Assembly: GCA_039799905.1 (NCBI GenBank)
Contig: JBDLRP010000045.1
Location: forward strand, 32,564-96,563
Direction: 5' to 3'
Origin: Pseudomonadota bacterium
GTDB lineage: Bacteria; Bdellovibrionota_B; Oligoflexia; Silvanigrellales; Silvanigrellaceae
DNA length: 64,000 nucleotides
In this document: positions 19,708 through 29,821 of the stretch, one piece after another
Position numbering within the stretch: position 1 is the stretch's first letter
Layout: each line of letters begins with the position of its first letter
Position numbers and translations under genes: made by a program
Notes under the pieces: model-generated
Seen by the model: the letters and a program-made list of their open reading frames with translations, nothing else
The model's database searches: none
Told to the model about the DNA's origin: nothing

Positions 19708-19983
19708 GTGGGACATCTCCTTGTCGAGCAATCAAAAGCAATAGTTGGGATGAACCGATAGTGTACGCTGAAACGCGCTTGTGCAAACCATCCCCATGAA
19801 CTTTCACGGATTTGTCTTAGTTCGCCTGCATCAAACGGCATCCGTATCGAGCGTGAACAAATTTGTGTTTGATGAAAATCAACCAATATGGTTCTTTTGG
19901 TCAATATATTCGTGTTTGGCTGGTTTTGCCGTCGAAAAAGTACAAGCCAGCCGCGCACTCCGACTGGAAGGGTCAAATTTTCC

Positions 19984-20010
19984 TAAACGTGGCCCAAGAA
20001 ATGACGATCC
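19984..20010 (+). promoter_or_regulatory. Weak candidate sigma28 promoter
   Basis: TAAA-N15-GACGATCC upstream of the TTG at 20042. Confidence 0.3.
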
Positions 20011-20041
20011 ATCCACAGGTTGTTGCCGCGGGGAGAATCGG

Positions 20042-21361
20042 TTGAATTCGCAGTTTTTCGATATGCTCTTGACCCACATGGGCGGACTTTTGGTCGTGGT
20101 GATGCATTTTGCGATTCTCCGCGGTCTCTTGGGGCGCAAGGTCAAACAGGTATCTGCGACACTCTTGAACATGTCGCAGCTCGATCCGTCGTGGCGGCAG
20201 GAGTCTCTTGAGTTTGGCATCCGCGACGCAGCGCTGCGCATCCTCAGGGGCTTTTGGAGCGGTGACCTTGCGCAGATCCATCATTTTCTCCACCCCGAAC
20301 TCGCATCCCAATGGCAAATCGACGTGGATGAAAGGACCTCACGGCAGGCGCTGATGAGTTCTGTTGAGATCAAGTTCAACGATCTCCGGATTGTGGACGT
20401 CTATAAGTCAGCCGCTACTGATGGAGATCATTTGACCGTTTGTCTTTCCGCCGTTTGTCGCGGAATCGACAGCTCAGGTGTGTCTGTGGGTGCATATAGA
20501 GAGCGTTTTTGGACATTCCGAAGAATTCAAGGTCGCTGGTTGCTCTGGCGCGAGAGTGAATATTCCCCTTGGCAGCGTTTTATCAATGCTTCTGTCGTCA
20601 ATGCTGTCTCGCCAAACACGGCCGGCAATCCGCAGCACGCAGGGACGCATGAGGCCTCTTCCGTGAAAAGAGGAAGCAAGCTTTTTCTCTTTTTTGCCGC
20701 GCTGATACTTGCCATTTCTATTTCATCATCCGTATCGGCGTTTATGAGTGGGTTTGTGCGGCACGAGCGAACCCTTGATACAGCAGGACTTGTTTTGCCG
20801 CTGGGACTATTTTTTTATCTGCTTGTGAGGCGTTCCGTTTTGCGGATTCTTGAGCAGAATGATGCCCAGAAACCCCTTTATATGCTGAGTGTGTATCTCG
20901 TCGGTATATTGTGTTTTCAGATCGCCTTGACGTCGGTGTCCTACTTGAGCCTGAAGGATGAAATCTCTGCGAAGATTGCAATGCATGCGAGAGTTGTTGA
21001 CAAGGATACCCAAGGCGCAGCCGTCGCATGGAACCCGCCACCCCCTCAACGAATCGGAAATGAACGTAAAATCACAAAGTGGCCCGACGGCTCGATAAAA
21101 TCAGTCGAGCCTGTACACAGCGGAAAAGTTCATGGAGTTGCGGTGCTGACGTTTCCGAGCGGGCAGCTTTACGGAAAAATTCCTTTCATAAACGGCAAAA
21201 AACACGGTCGGTTTGAGTTGTTCAGAGAGGACGGCAGCCGCGATCAAATTTTGTCTTACAAAGACGGCAGGCTACATGGCATGTGCGAATGGTTTAACGC
21301 CGATGGAAGCCTGAAGACGAAAGCGCTGTATGTTGAAGGTGAGCTTGTCGAATCGAAATAA
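20042..21361 (+). CDS. Membrane protein: Tim44-like domain, 3 TM helices, MORN-variant/YwqK-like repeats
   Basis: DPSW...GDL...LHPEL...RFWTFRR..GRWLL (Tim44-like); G.xHG....F..G repeats at the C-terminus; TTG 20042 after GGGGAG. Confidence 0.65.
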   Translation: MNSQFFDMLLTHMGGLLVVVMHFAILRGLLGRKVKQVSATLLNMSQLDPSWRQESLEFGIRDAALRILRGFWSGDLAQIHHFLHPELASQWQIDVDERTSRQALMSSVEIKFNDLRIVDVYKSAATDGDHLTVCLSAVCRGIDSSGVSVGAYRERFWTFRRIQGRWLLWRESEYSPWQRFINASVVNAVSPNTAGNPQHAGTHEASSVKRGSKLFLFFAALILAISISSSVSAFMSGFVRHERTLDTAGLVLPLGLFFYLLVRRSVLRILEQNDAQKPLYMLSVYLVGILCFQIALTSVSYLSLKDEISAKIAMHARVVDKDTQGAAVAWNPPPPQRIGNERKITKWPDGSIKSVEPVHSGKVHGVAVLTFPSGQLYGKIPFINGKKHGRFELFREDGSRDQILSYKDGRLHGMCEWFNADGSLKTKALYVEGELVESK

Positions 21362-21413
21362 ACCGATTGAACACTTCAGACCGAGCAGATGAGACCCGCC
21401 GAGCCAAGGGCAA

Positions 21414-21716
21414 TCACAGTGTGCACTTGGCACCTTCACGTTCCATCACGCGGGCCAATCGTGCGGTAATGTCAGCTTTGAGGGGGCGGTGAGTCAGAGC
21501 GACTTTCTCGCTCACAAGCTCAGCGCGGAAGCCCTCGCTGCGATTTTCAATTTTGTATTTGAGCTCTGTGGTTCCCAACTTGGAAAAGATTACCTTCAGT
21601 TCCAAACCGCTGAGAGAGAACTTGGTAATTTCGCCAAGGTCTCGTCCTTGCAGTGAGGTCTCAACGCGTTTCACAAATTCTGCAACAGTGCCCGTGGAGC
21701 TTTCAAACGCCTTCAC
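21414..21716 (-). CDS. Hypothetical protein (100 aa)
   Basis: GTGA overlap with the upstream M16 gene; natural composition. Confidence 0.75.
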   Translation of the reverse strand: MKAFESSTGTVAEFVKRVETSLQGRDLGEITKFSLSGLELKVIFSKLGTTELKYKIENRSEGFRAELVSEKVALTHRPLKADITARLARVMEREGAKCTL

Positions 21717-23365
21717 TTGGGTCCTCCTCCGACCAGTTCTTTAACGAGATCTTCAAAAGAGACAATTTTTTCGACCTCAACAGAGTTGAGTTTGCGCAAT
21801 TTTGCAACGACGGCGTCAGTCGGATTGCCAAACATGACCAACACCGGTGCCATGCCGGATTTGACCTGCGAAAAGAGAAGGTCGTTGATGACGCCGACGT
21901 CTTTTTCTTGTTCCAGTCTGACAAGTGCGCCTTCGACGGAAAGGGGATTCGGCAGAGTGCGTGACTGCAGATCGTCGAGGAATTCCTCCACTTTGTCGAA
22001 TACAGTCAGCTCGGCCGCAAGTGTCGTATTGATTCTGGAGATGCGCGCGTTTTCAAGTTCCTCTTGAGTAATGCCCTGCGAGGTAAACTCGTTCCATGTT
22101 TTGGTTGCCAGCTTGACCGCCTCCACAAGGCGGTCGTTGGGACTTTGAAAGTTGAGTCGCCAGTAGGCGGTGTTTGTGTTGGGTTCAACCGCTTCCGGAT
22201 CAAAGGTTGCGTTTGGGCTGTACGACAGCCCCGAGTCTGCACGCATGGCCTTTGAAAAACGGTCGTTGCCGATCACTCCTCCGGAGGCGCTGAACACTTC
22301 ACGGAGCAGCGTCATGCGTGTCCGTTCAATGCGGTTGAGTTTGCCGATGTTTGGCAAATAATAGCGCAATGTGAGCGTCGCCTGTGTGAGGTCGGGCTTG
22401 CGGATAATTGTCATCCGCAGCTTTTCGTTGGCAGGGCGCTTCAGTCGCTCTGGCAGCCAAGTATAGGTGACCGGTGTGAGACGAGGAATTTTACGCATCA
22501 GTTCGAGGACACTTTTTTCCTGCTTTGCGGTTATGTTGCCTGAAAGAACCACGTTCAGTCCGGCACGGTTGATAAGCTGACTTGCAATGTTGCGAAGTTT
22601 GTCCTGCGAAACCTTATCAAGTTCGGGTTTGGACATACGCGCGAGCGACTGCGCAAAATAGTGCTCCGAGCCAAATGCAAGGCGGATCGCCTCCTGCTCA
22701 ATGAAGCGTCCTTGCTTGCGCGAGTTGCCGCCGTCAAGCATCGACTGAAACACGTCGCCCTGTTCCATTTTCCAAATTTCCAGCGCGTCCCTGTCGAAGC
22801 GGGGTCTGAGCAGCATGTCTTCAAGAGCAGTGATGGCAAGTGGAAAATCACCCGAGAGCATTTCAACAGTAATAAAGAACTGACCCAGCTGGCTTGTTCC
22901 GGTGTTGACCTGAATTCCATTGTCAGCGAGGAATTTTTGCAGTTCCTCGTAATTTCTTGAACCCGCGCCGCCTTGCAGAAACATATCAACTGTCGCGCTG
23001 AGATTAGTCCGCATATTGCGCGGCAGCGAATAGACCCCCGTCTCAAACAAAAAATCGAGCCTGATCTTTTTTCCTGTTTCGCCATAAATTGAATACAGCG
23101 ATGCACCGCCGTCGACGGGAGTGCGTTCGTAGTTCAGCGAAGGCCAGACTATGCTTCGCCAGTTGAGTGGAACTGGTTTGCTGATGACCGCCGGCCGTTG
23201 GTTGTTGAGAGCTCCACCCGCACCCGATTGCGCGGTGGCCGCCAGCGGATCGGCAGAGGTTGCCAGCAATGAAACAAAAGTCATTCCGCTCTGGCGTAGG
23301 AAATTTTTCATCCGCCCCTTCAGAGGGGATGGTTCACGGTGAGGGTTGTTCATAGAGTCTCTCAT
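21713..23365 (-). CDS. M16 (insulinase) family protein, non-catalytic subunit
   Basis: M16 features (LLRPRFD, RF..AMR..SGLSYS, GIT.EELE.AR) but no HxxEH; ATGA-coupled to the active paralog. Confidence 0.8.
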   Translation of the reverse strand: MRDSMNNPHREPSPLKGRMKNFLRQSGMTFVSLLATSADPLAATAQSGAGGALNNQRPAVISKPVPLNWRSIVWPSLNYERTPVDGGASLYSIYGETGKKIRLDFLFETGVYSLPRNMRTNLSATVDMFLQGGAGSRNYEELQKFLADNGIQVNTGTSQLGQFFITVEMLSGDFPLAITALEDMLLRPRFDRDALEIWKMEQGDVFQSMLDGGNSRKQGRFIEQEAIRLAFGSEHYFAQSLARMSKPELDKVSQDKLRNIASQLINRAGLNVVLSGNITAKQEKSVLELMRKIPRLTPVTYTWLPERLKRPANEKLRMTIIRKPDLTQATLTLRYYLPNIGKLNRIERTRMTLLREVFSASGGVIGNDRFSKAMRADSGLSYSPNATFDPEAVEPNTNTAYWRLNFQSPNDRLVEAVKLATKTWNEFTSQGITQEELENARISRINTTLAAELTVFDKVEEFLDDLQSRTLPNPLSVEGALVRLEQEKDVGVINDLLFSQVKSGMAPVLVMFGNPTDAVVAKLRKLNSVEVEKIVSFEDLVKELVGGGPK

Positions 23366-24837
23366 TTCAGTGCCGCAGTTTTTTCGAATTCAGCACACGC
23401 GACCGATTTGCCGGGAGCAGTCACGCCTGTATGAAAGGCCTTTTTGGCGGAAAATGCCTCTTTGCCCCATGCCTGAAATTCTTTGGTTGTCAGTGCTTCC
23501 ACGATTTTTTTCATCTGTGTGGAGACTTTAAAATCACTATAAAAATATTCATTCCATTCATAGAACTCTACAAGACTTGTCATCTTCTGGGCGACTTCAG
23601 CCTCTTCGACTTCTTGTTGCTTGAGAATGACTTTTTTCAGCTCCGGGGTCAGCGGACGAGCAAGTGCCGCGTTGAGCTCTTTGTAAAAGAAATCGCGTGC
23701 CGCTTCAAACGACTGTTGTTTGTTTGTCTTGAACCAGGCCACATAAGGCTGCGACGATTTCTGCCAGGTTGTTTTGAACACAGCGAACGATGTGGCGAGT
23801 TTCAGTTTTGTCATCCGGCGCTGGATCGTGCCTTCGGGGTTGTCATTCAGCAACTGCATGAGAATCTGCGCAAGGATCGCCGAGCGGTAGGAGTTGTCGA
23901 CTGACGGAAAGGTGATTGTGTGCTGTTCTTCGAAGACACTTTCACCGCAGGTGAAGGATTTGCCGGCGATTTCGCTCTCCGGCCTTTCGGCCCGACGGGG
24001 CGCCTGATTTTTAACCTTACCGTTCCAGTCTCCGAATGCATCATTCACTTTCTTGAGTGCGGTTTCTACCTTGAATGGTCCGCCAATGATCAGCTGCGCG
24101 TTGTCGGGTGTGTAGAAGTCCCGATAAAAGGTGCGCGCATCCTCGATTGTCATGTTCTCGACATCGCGTTTAGCACCAATGGTAAACCACTCATAGGGCG
24201 TACCCTTGTAGGCCGTGCGGCGGAGAATTTCCTGCCCTCGCTGGAGCGGATCATTTTCATAACGGAGCCGCCGTTCTGAAATGACCGCACCTTTTTCAGT
24301 GGTGAAGTAGGGATCCTGCAGGTCGAGAAGTTTAAATCTTTGCGCTTCGAGCTCGAGCATTCTATCCAAAGCCGGCCCGGGAAATGTCGACTCATAAACA
24401 ACATAGTCAGTGCTGGTACCGGCATTTCCGCGTCCGCCGACGCCCGCAAGAATTCTGTCGTAGTGGCCTTCGGGCGAAACCTGCGTTTTGCGGAACATCA
24501 TGTGTTCAAAGAAGTGCGCCAGTCCCGTTGTTCCAAGTTTTTCACGGTTGCTTCCGGCATCGAGTTTGATGCGCAGTGTGGCCAGAGGATTACGGTTGTC
24601 CGGCAAAATGAGCACTTTCATGCCGTTTGCCAGCTTGAATTTGTAAAGTTCGGGAGTTCCCTCGATAGCCTTGCCAGCAGTAACGAAAGTCACTCCGTCG
24701 GGCATCGATGAAATGGTTCTGGCGCTTTGGCTGTTCTTGGCCGCCGCCGTGTTGCCCTGAGCGGCCGGGTGCGTACAGATGGCTAAAATAACGATGCTCA
24801 GCTTGCAGCTGCTGGTCTTCATTTTTTGAGTCTCCAA
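23362..24837 (-). CDS. M16 family zinc metallopeptidase, catalytic subunit
   Basis: LANGMKV, AGS.RE..G.TGLAHFFEHMMF, NAGTS, EK.AVISER; signal peptide. Confidence 0.93.
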   Translation of the reverse strand: METQKMKTSSCKLSIVILAICTHPAAQGNTAAAKNSQSARTISSMPDGVTFVTAGKAIEGTPELYKFKLANGMKVLILPDNRNPLATLRIKLDAGSNREKLGTTGLAHFFEHMMFRKTQVSPEGHYDRILAGVGGRGNAGTSTDYVVYESTFPGPALDRMLELEAQRFKLLDLQDPYFTTEKGAVISERRLRYENDPLQRGQEILRRTAYKGTPYEWFTIGAKRDVENMTIEDARTFYRDFYTPDNAQLIIGGPFKVETALKKVNDAFGDWNGKVKNQAPRRAERPESEIAGKSFTCGESVFEEQHTITFPSVDNSYRSAILAQILMQLLNDNPEGTIQRRMTKLKLATSFAVFKTTWQKSSQPYVAWFKTNKQQSFEAARDFFYKELNAALARPLTPELKKVILKQQEVEEAEVAQKMTSLVEFYEWNEYFYSDFKVSTQMKKIVEALTTKEFQAWGKEAFSAKKAFHTGVTAPGKSVACAEFEKTAALK

Positions 24838-24854
24838 ACGACGGGGGCGTTTGA

Positions 24855-26294
24855 TTATTTTTGCTGAGTCAGGCCGATGCTGCGCAGTCGCTGACCACGT
24901 TCGAGACGCGCTCGGATTTGCACCGTCTGCTCTGCCATGTCAGGTTTGCCGAGCAAGGCAAACATGTTGGTTTTGTAGTTTTCAACTCCGGGCTGATCAA
25001 AAGGATTGATTCCGCGCGCCAGTCCGCCGACGCCACAGGCGAACATATTGGTGTACATCCAGTAGCCCATCCAAAATGCCGACAGCTCGGGAATGTCCCA
25101 GATGAGCGTCGGTACACCGCCGTCAGCGTGTGCGAGACTGGTGCCCGAGATTGCTTCGGATTGCACTTGTTCGAAGTTTTGTCCGTTCAGGTAGTCGAAA
25201 CCATCAGCCAGTCCGGCCTGCGGAATACGCACTTTCCGTTTTTGTGCTCCGCGGCTCAGTGAAGATTCATCGAGCACGCGCATGTGGGTGGCGAACAGGT
25301 GGCGCTCGCCCTCTTGAAAATACTGCCCCATCGAATGCAGGTCGGTTGTAAACTGGGCGCTCGCCGGAAAGAGTCCGGTGTTGCCCTTGCCATCGCTTTC
25401 GCCGAACAACTGTTTCCACCATTCCGAAATCGATCGGAGTTTTGGTGTCCAGTGACACAGGGCCTCGATTTTGAATCCCTCTTTATACAGGCTGTTGCGG
25501 ATTGCAGCGTAGCAGAGTGCAGGGTTTGTCTCGATCGCTTCATTTTTTTCGCTTGTGCAGTCGGCACGAGCCTGCCGGGCTCCTTCAACGAACTGTTGCA
25601 CGTCGATACCGGCGACTGCGAGCGGCAACAGTCCGACAGCTGTGAAAATTGAATAGCGGCCACCGATGTTGCGCGGGATAGTGAGCGTTGGATAATTGTG
25701 TGTCTTTGCCAGCCTGAGCAGCGTACCGCTTTCGGGATCGGTGATGGCAAAGATGCGCGCTGAGGCCTCGCGGGCTCCGAAACGGTCATCGAGATATTGC
25801 TTCAATACGCGGAAAGCCAGAGCGGGCTCGGTTGTTGTTCCTGATTTTGAAACAACCAAAATGCTCGGTGAAAATTGATCGAGCAAATCGAGCAATTCAC
25901 TCAGCTCGTCTGTGGCGACGTGGTGTCCTGCCCAAAGCAAGAGTGGGCGGCGCTGAAATTGCGCTGGGTTTGCGAGCGCAAATGAGTGCGACAGTGCCTC
26001 GTAAACCGCCTTCGTTCCCAGAAGACTGCCACCGATTCCAATGACCACGAGTGCATCCGAGTGCGATGCAATGCGCTCGGAGAGCGTTTTGACTTCGGTC
26101 AGCAATTTTGGTGCGTGATCTTCAACCCAGTGAACCCAACCCATGAAGTCGGAACCCTTGCCGCTGCCTCCGGCAAGCGATTTTTTTGCGCTTACAATCT
26201 GCGGCATAGATTCGTTCAGTTGTCTTTCAAGCGGAACGACATCGTGGGCTTTTGTCCAATCAAGAGCAATTCGTTTGCTATCTGCCGCAGGCAT
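24855..26294 (-). CDS. pgi: Glucose-6-phosphate isomerase
   Basis: IGIGGSLLG, SKSGTTTEP, IGGRYS, QLFGESDGK, DLHSMGQ, NPFDQPGVENYK. Confidence 0.97.
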   Translation of the reverse strand: MPAADSKRIALDWTKAHDVVPLERQLNESMPQIVSAKKSLAGGSGKGSDFMGWVHWVEDHAPKLLTEVKTLSERIASHSDALVVIGIGGSLLGTKAVYEALSHSFALANPAQFQRRPLLLWAGHHVATDELSELLDLLDQFSPSILVVSKSGTTTEPALAFRVLKQYLDDRFGAREASARIFAITDPESGTLLRLAKTHNYPTLTIPRNIGGRYSIFTAVGLLPLAVAGIDVQQFVEGARQARADCTSEKNEAIETNPALCYAAIRNSLYKEGFKIEALCHWTPKLRSISEWWKQLFGESDGKGNTGLFPASAQFTTDLHSMGQYFQEGERHLFATHMRVLDESSLSRGAQKRKVRIPQAGLADGFDYLNGQNFEQVQSEAISGTSLAHADGGVPTLIWDIPELSAFWMGYWMYTNMFACGVGGLARGINPFDQPGVENYKTNMFALLGKPDMAEQTVQIRARLERGQRLRSIGLTQQK

Positions 26295-26384
26295 CGTCTA
26301 TGACCTCATGCTGGAAAAGAGGGTTGGAAACAGATAGAAAGTTCTAACAGCCCCTTTTACGGTAGGCAATCGAAAGGACCTGAG

Positions 26385-27698
26385 ATGAATGCGTTCGGGC
26401 AGAGGCGATTTAGGAACATTCTGATGACCGGACTGCCCGGTGTGGGAAAATCCACTTTCGGCAAAGCCTATGCACAAATGTCGCGCACAGAGTTCGTTGA
26501 ATTGGACACGTATGTGGAAAAGCTTGCGGGAAAGTCGGTGAGCGAGATTTTTCAACAGGATGGCGAACAGGCCTTCAGGGAGCTGGAGGCTCAATGTCTT
26601 GAACGTCTTTTACGCAGGCAACGCTGCACAATCGCTCTCGGCGGCGGCACTTTGACCAGCCCCCGCTCGATGGCGCTTGCACGCGAGCTTGGTTGTATTG
26701 TGTTTCTGAGTGCACCCGTAGAGATCATCGCAGAGCGTCTCTGGCCTCAAAAAGACAGTCGGCCGTTGCTCGCGGACTGTGAAACAAAAGAACAAATTGT
26801 TGAGCGGCTTAAAAAACTCTTTGAAGATCGCCATACCAGCTACGAAGCTGCAGACCTGATCTTGGAAACAACCCACAGTTCAGTGGACACACTCAAAGTG
26901 GAGTTGGGCTGGCTTGAACGAAATGTTCTAAATACGGAAACGAAGTTGGGCTTGGAGAATGAAAATGCGGTCGCGAGTGTGCAAGCGCAAAGCCGGCAAA
27001 TTCCGCTTGCAGATCCAAATTATAGGTCACCGCGCGAACAAAAACCTGGCCGTGACTCAGGTGAAAAAATTGAGCGGTTGTTGAAGGCACAGCGTCACAA
27101 AGAGCGCAGCGAAAAGCGCGAGCGATCCGACAAAAAAGACAGGCGTCCTGCGGGCACACCGCCACCACAGAGCGGGGGCGATCAGCGTCCGCGCAACGAA
27201 GCCCAGGGTGGCGGCGGTCCACGCCCGCGCAATGAAGTTCAAGGTGGTGAACAACGTTCGCGCAACGAAGCGCAAAGTGGCAGCGGACCTCGCCCTCGCA
27301 ATGAGGTTCAAGGCGCTGGTGAACAGCGTCCGCGCAACGAAGCTCAAGGTGGCGGCGGGCCTCGTCCGCGCAACGAAGCTCAAGGTGGCGGCGGGCCTCG
27401 TCCGCGCAACGAAGCTCAAGGTGGCGGCGGACCTCGTCCGCGCAACGAAGCTCAAGGTGGCGGCGGACCTCGTCCGCGTAACGAAGCTCAAGGTGGCAGC
27501 GGACCTCGTCCGCGCGACGAAGCTCAAGGTGGCGGCGGACCTCGACCGCGTAACGAAGCTCAAGGTGGCGGCGGACCTCGACCGCGTAACGAAGCGCAGG
27601 GCAGCGGACCCCGTCCGCGCAACGAATCAAAGTCCGTCGTCAGCGAGGGAGGAGCCAACTCCTCATCTGATGAATCCGGTACGGCGACACGCGATTAA
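26385..27698 (+). CDS. aroK: Shikimate kinase with long C-terminal R/G/P-rich repeat tail
   Basis: G.PGVGKST, D..VE...G.SV.EIF...GE..FRELE, LGGG, RPLL in the first ~175 aa. Confidence 0.9.
   Translation: MNAFGQRRFRNILMTGLPGVGKSTFGKAYAQMSRTEFVELDTYVEKLAGKSVSEIFQQDGEQAFRELEAQCLERLLRRQRCTIALGGGTLTSPRSMALARELGCIVFLSAPVEIIAERLWPQKDSRPLLADCETKEQIVERLKKLFEDRHTSYEAADLILETTHSSVDTLKVELGWLERNVLNTETKLGLENENAVASVQAQSRQIPLADPNYRSPREQKPGRDSGEKIERLLKAQRHKERSEKRERSDKKDRRPAGTPPPQSGGDQRPRNEAQGGGGPRPRNEVQGGEQRSRNEAQSGSGPRPRNEVQGAGEQRPRNEAQGGGGPRPRNEAQGGGGPRPRNEAQGGGGPRPRNEAQGGGGPRPRNEAQGGSGPRPRDEAQGGGGPRPRNEAQGGGGPRPRNEAQGSGPRPRNESKSVVSEGGANSSSDESGTATRD
27186..27626 (+). repeat. Coding tandem repeat, 36-bp unit (RPRNEAQGGGGP), 12 copies plus a partial one
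   Basis: Unit CGTCCGCGCAACGAAGCTCAAGGTGGCGGCGGACCT directly repeated without spacers; two units are 33 bp. Confidence 0.95.
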
Positions 27699-29173
27699 TT
27701 TTGCGCGAACCGCGCCCAGCTGCGCAGATAAGTGTAGCCCATCTTCAATTGATAATCGTTCTTAAGATTAGCAGGCCACTTGTCGATGTCGGTCGAAAAT
27801 CCAAAATTCTGCTGAGTCGTCGATAAGTCGGTTCCCTCGATATGACCCTCAAGATCAACCTCCTTACGTCCCCCTTTCGATGAAACCTGCGGGGCATCTT
27901 CGTCCTTGAGGACATCACTTGTCGATGATGGGTTGGCCTTGGCGGCAGTGCGAGCACTCGGATTTGCGGGAAGAGTGACGTCGGGAGTGATTCCTTTTGC
28001 CTGAATACTTCTACCACTGGGAGTGTAATAACGCGCGACTGTCATTTTGAGTCCCGCACCATTGGGCAAGGGAATAATCGACTGCACGCTACCTTTGCCG
28101 AAGGTTGGCATGCCAACAATCAATGCTCGGTTGTGATCCTGAAGCGCACCGGCAACAATCTCAGATGCACTCGCGGAAGCCTCGTTCACCAAAACAACCA
28201 TCGGCATATAGGGGTGAGTTTGTCGCTTGCTGGCATACTCAACTTCCTGCCGAGCGCGGTCACGACCAACCGTGGAAACAATGATTCCGGAGTCCAAAAA
28301 CAAATCGGTCAGACGCACTGCCTGATCAAGCAGCCCGCCGGGATTGCTGCGCAGGTCAAGAATTAGCCCCTGCAGTTTTCCTTTGTTTTCGGCTTCGTAC
28401 TGGCGGAGAATTTTATCAACCTGATCGCTTGTGTCTTCCTGAAATACACCAACCCTGATGTACGCGTATCCACCGAACAGGTTGTGGTGTGCAACGCTCG
28501 TGCTCTTGATGATTTCGCGCACGATTTGCAGCGACCGTGGTTTTGGGCGCACAGTTTTGCCGGCGGTGATTTCCGCCGCAGGCTGAACCTCGAGTCGAAC
28601 ACTCGAACCAGGCAGACCACGCAGTTTGTTGAGAACTTCTTCGATGTTGTTTTTGGTGATGGTCACGCCGTCGACCGAAAGAATCGTGTCGCCGGCCTGA
28701 AGTTTTGCCTTCGCTGCAGGTGTATCCGGAACGACCTCAATGATTTCGAGCCGGCCGTTCTGCTGGGTGAGCACCACGCCGATGCCACCGAACTTTCCGG
28801 ATGTGTCGTTCGTCAGTTCGCGCAGCTGCTGTGCGGGCAAGTAGGATGTATGAGGGTCAAGCGATGCAACCATGCCCTTGAGAGCCCGCTCAACCAGAGC
28901 TTCGCTGGAAACCGCTTTTTCGTCGACGTACATGGTCTCAAGGTGGTTGAGAACACGGCTGAACGACTCCAGCGCCTGAAATTTCTTGTTGCGCAATTCG
29001 AGAGTCTCGGCCGGAGATTCCGTTTTTGATGGTGCGGGAGACTTGTTGGGCTCGCCTTTCGAAGGCGTCTGGTTTTGTGTGTTTGCCAGTGCTAAATTTC
29101 CGGTAATATTCGGAAAAAGAGTGCTTCCGAGGAGAAGTGGCAGGACGATCTTCTGCAACAGGCACTGGCTCAT
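27695..29173 (-). CDS. ctpA: S41 carboxy-terminal processing protease (PDZ plus peptidase)
   Basis: LDPHTSY, FGGIG, LDLRSNPGGLL, SASASEIVAGALQD, TFGKGSVQ, TVARYYTPSG. Confidence 0.95.
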   Translation of the reverse strand: MSQCLLQKIVLPLLLGSTLFPNITGNLALANTQNQTPSKGEPNKSPAPSKTESPAETLELRNKKFQALESFSRVLNHLETMYVDEKAVSSEALVERALKGMVASLDPHTSYLPAQQLRELTNDTSGKFGGIGVVLTQQNGRLEIIEVVPDTPAAKAKLQAGDTILSVDGVTITKNNIEEVLNKLRGLPGSSVRLEVQPAAEITAGKTVRPKPRSLQIVREIIKSTSVAHHNLFGGYAYIRVGVFQEDTSDQVDKILRQYEAENKGKLQGLILDLRSNPGGLLDQAVRLTDLFLDSGIIVSTVGRDRARQEVEYASKRQTHPYMPMVVLVNEASASASEIVAGALQDHNRALIVGMPTFGKGSVQSIIPLPNGAGLKMTVARYYTPSGRSIQAKGITPDVTLPANPSARTAAKANPSSTSDVLKDEDAPQVSSKGGRKEVDLEGHIEGTDLSTTQQNFGFSTDIDKWPANLKNDYQLKMGYTYLRSWARFAQN

Positions 29174-29197
29174 AGTGTATTCTCCGAATTTTTCCCA

Positions 29198-29226
29198 ATT
29201 GTGACTGTATGTTGAGCTGAGGTCAA
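29198..29226 (-). promoter_or_regulatory. sigma70-type promoter candidate for ctpA
   Basis: TTGACC-17 nt-CACAAT on the minus strand. Confidence 0.45.
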
Positions 29227-29258
29227 GCGGAAGTCTGGGGTTGGTAATTCAATTATTC

Positions 29259-29286
29259 TAAACTATTTTTTTCATTATTCCGATGC
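29259..29286 (+). promoter_or_regulatory. Candidate sigma28 promoter
   Basis: TAAA-N16-TCCGATGC upstream of the lipoprotein gene. Confidence 0.35.
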
Positions 29287-29314
29287 GATGCATACATTAG
29301 GGAGGACCAGCCGG

Positions 29315-29821
29315 ATGCATGTTGTTCGGAGTCTGATACTTGTTGCACGCACGGCGGGCTTTGTGGGGCTGTCGACCTTCGCGCTGATTGCGTGTGGTCA
29401 ACAACAGCAGGGTCCTGTGCTTGCCGGCGAGCGGCAGTCACAATCGGTGCGCGCGGAGTCCGAATCACTCACGGCTCGTCCACTCGCTGCTGCACGTTCC
29501 TCCGACGAAGGCGGGAACGCTCAGGCGGCTATCAAGATCGAAGTCTTTTCGAAACAAATTGAACCACTCACACTGCAGCGCGGTGGAAATGTCAAAGTTT
29601 CCGTTCCGCTCTCTGATTCTATTTCGGCGACCGGCCGTGTCCGAAGCATTGAGTTCCAGTCGCCCAGTGAAGCTTTGCGCACGTCTGTGGTCGCTGGTCG
29701 AACGCTGAATCTCGTGGTTGCTGAAGATGCTCCAGAGGGGCACCACAGTGGTCGCGTCGTCATTCGCTTGGATAATGGCAGTGTAGCATCACAACCGGTC
29801 AGCGTTACAGTAATCCCTTAA
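29315..29821 (+). CDS. Hypothetical lipoprotein with Ig-like beta-rich domain
   Basis: Lipobox LIAC; ATG 29315 after GGAGG. Confidence 0.75.
   Translation: MHVVRSLILVARTAGFVGLSTFALIACGQQQQGPVLAGERQSQSVRAESESLTARPLAAARSSDEGGNAQAAIKIEVFSKQIEPLTLQRGGNVKVSVPLSDSISATGRVRSIEFQSPSEALRTSVVAGRTLNLVVAEDAPEGHHSGRVVIRLDNGSVASQPVSVTVIP

Noticed and set aside
27186..27626. 36-bp repeats as a CRISPR array
   Set aside because: Units are contiguous with no unique spacers, keep the aroK reading frame, and no cas genes are nearby.
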